Positions 63,125-64,000 of a stretch of 64,000 nt of DNA are shown here, piece by piece (positions within the stretch are counted from its first letter, which is position 1; every line of letters starts with the position of its first letter). Origin of the DNA: Octopus sinensis (lineage: Eukaryota); assembly GCF_006345805.1 (NCBI RefSeq), contig NW_021836178.1:62001-126000 (forward strand), in the 5' to 3' direction. Position numbers and translations under genes: made by a program. The notes below the pieces were generated by a model. The model saw nothing but the letters and a program-made list of their open reading frames with translations. It did not search any database and had not been told where the DNA came from.

Positions 63125-64000
63125 CAGTCAACTCTCTTTTTATTGCCACAACGGGACCGACAAAAATAGTGACAAAAAAGGAGGTGGTAAGAAGGAGGTT
63201 TAAAGGTTGAATGTCATCTTATCATGTTTTTTTAATTAGTTTGGTATTTTTTGTTTGGAACGGGTCAGAATAAAGAAAATAAGTTTTTATTTGAGAACAT
63301 TTTTAGGAACAACAGTTAAATAATCTAATAATGTTTTTTTCTTTTTCTCCGTTCCTTGTTTAGTATGTTTTCGATAGTTTGCAATGCAACTAAGCAATCA
63401 TTTGAAAAATATTCAGCCCAACAAAAAATGTTTTGAAATTGTTAAACTTATTCACATCTTCCAATTCAATTTTCGAATTTTCAGTATCTTCTATTTTCAT
63501 TTCTCAAGTTTTCGTCATTGTTAAGAATGCTGTCGTTCTAGTTCCCCCTGATCAGCTACATCAATAATGTTTACTTGATCTAGTAATTCTCCATATCCCT
63601 CAATTTCACACAAAAATCAATAATTCCACTCGTGAGGTCTGTTCTATTCCAGCAATTGTTGATGATCTTCAAAGAAATGTCACTCCAAACATATGATTTA
63701 AAAATTACTCATCTTTTATATTAATCTGTTTAATTAGCAATTCAGCAGGTATTTGGGAATCAATTTCGTTCACAACATTAAAGAGTTTAAACTGATAACA
63801 TCGAGACTTGAAGCACTCAATTATTCCTGGGTCAAATGGTCGTAATCTTGTTGAGTTTTTTGGAAGGAATAATACCTCAATAAATTTACTGTGTTAACTA
63901 ATTTTATGACTTGAAAAATTGTCCAACATAAATAATATTTTTCTTTTTAACTTCATATCTATATCCATCAACCATAAATTGAATTCTTTTGAAGTCATCC
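63125..64000 (-). mobile_element. pogo/Tigger element, runs off the window end
   Basis: TA|CAGTCAACTCTC terminus at 63125. DDE motifs WMTSKEFNLWL, KILFMLDNFSSH, FLPKNST..PFDPGIIECFK. Confidence 0.85.

Noticed and set aside
1-64000. Prokaryotic, phage or defence-system interpretation
   Set aside because: Spliceosomal introns, eukaryote-specific genes and eukaryotic TE superfamilies are present, with no operons, rRNA, tRNA or cas genes.

Overview
AT-rich eukaryotic (animal-type) genomic DNA with the standard genetic code (TAA, TAG and TGA all terminate recognisable genes) and tiny, mostly 23-31 nt GT-AG introns. A dicyemid-like lineage is my inference, not a determination. I recognise four largely intact genes (CFAP52, PSMD12/RPN5, RPL7A/eL8, CFAP96/C4orf47) and a thioredoxin-fold gene. 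There are also two paralogous LRR surface-protein genes and decayed relics of an AP mu subunit, CHMP3, VPS33, TBCEL and a TE-shattered KMT2C/D-like gene. These sit among many transposable elements: R4/Dong-type, CRE-type, RTE and jockey-type LINEs, Ginger-like integrase elements, Tc1, pogo/Tigger, hAT, Merlin, piggyBac and a Helitron with a 96-bp minisatellite. The most notable signals are a mid-gene C-to-G skew inversion that also affects introns, a TGTCGCGAGC-terminated integrase transposon family with 5-bp TSDs, and one-LRR-per-exon genes. Many frame breaks lie in homopolymers and are probably long-read errors. All homology calls come from manual translation and remembered family motifs; no search was run. 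Boundaries of decayed features are approximate.
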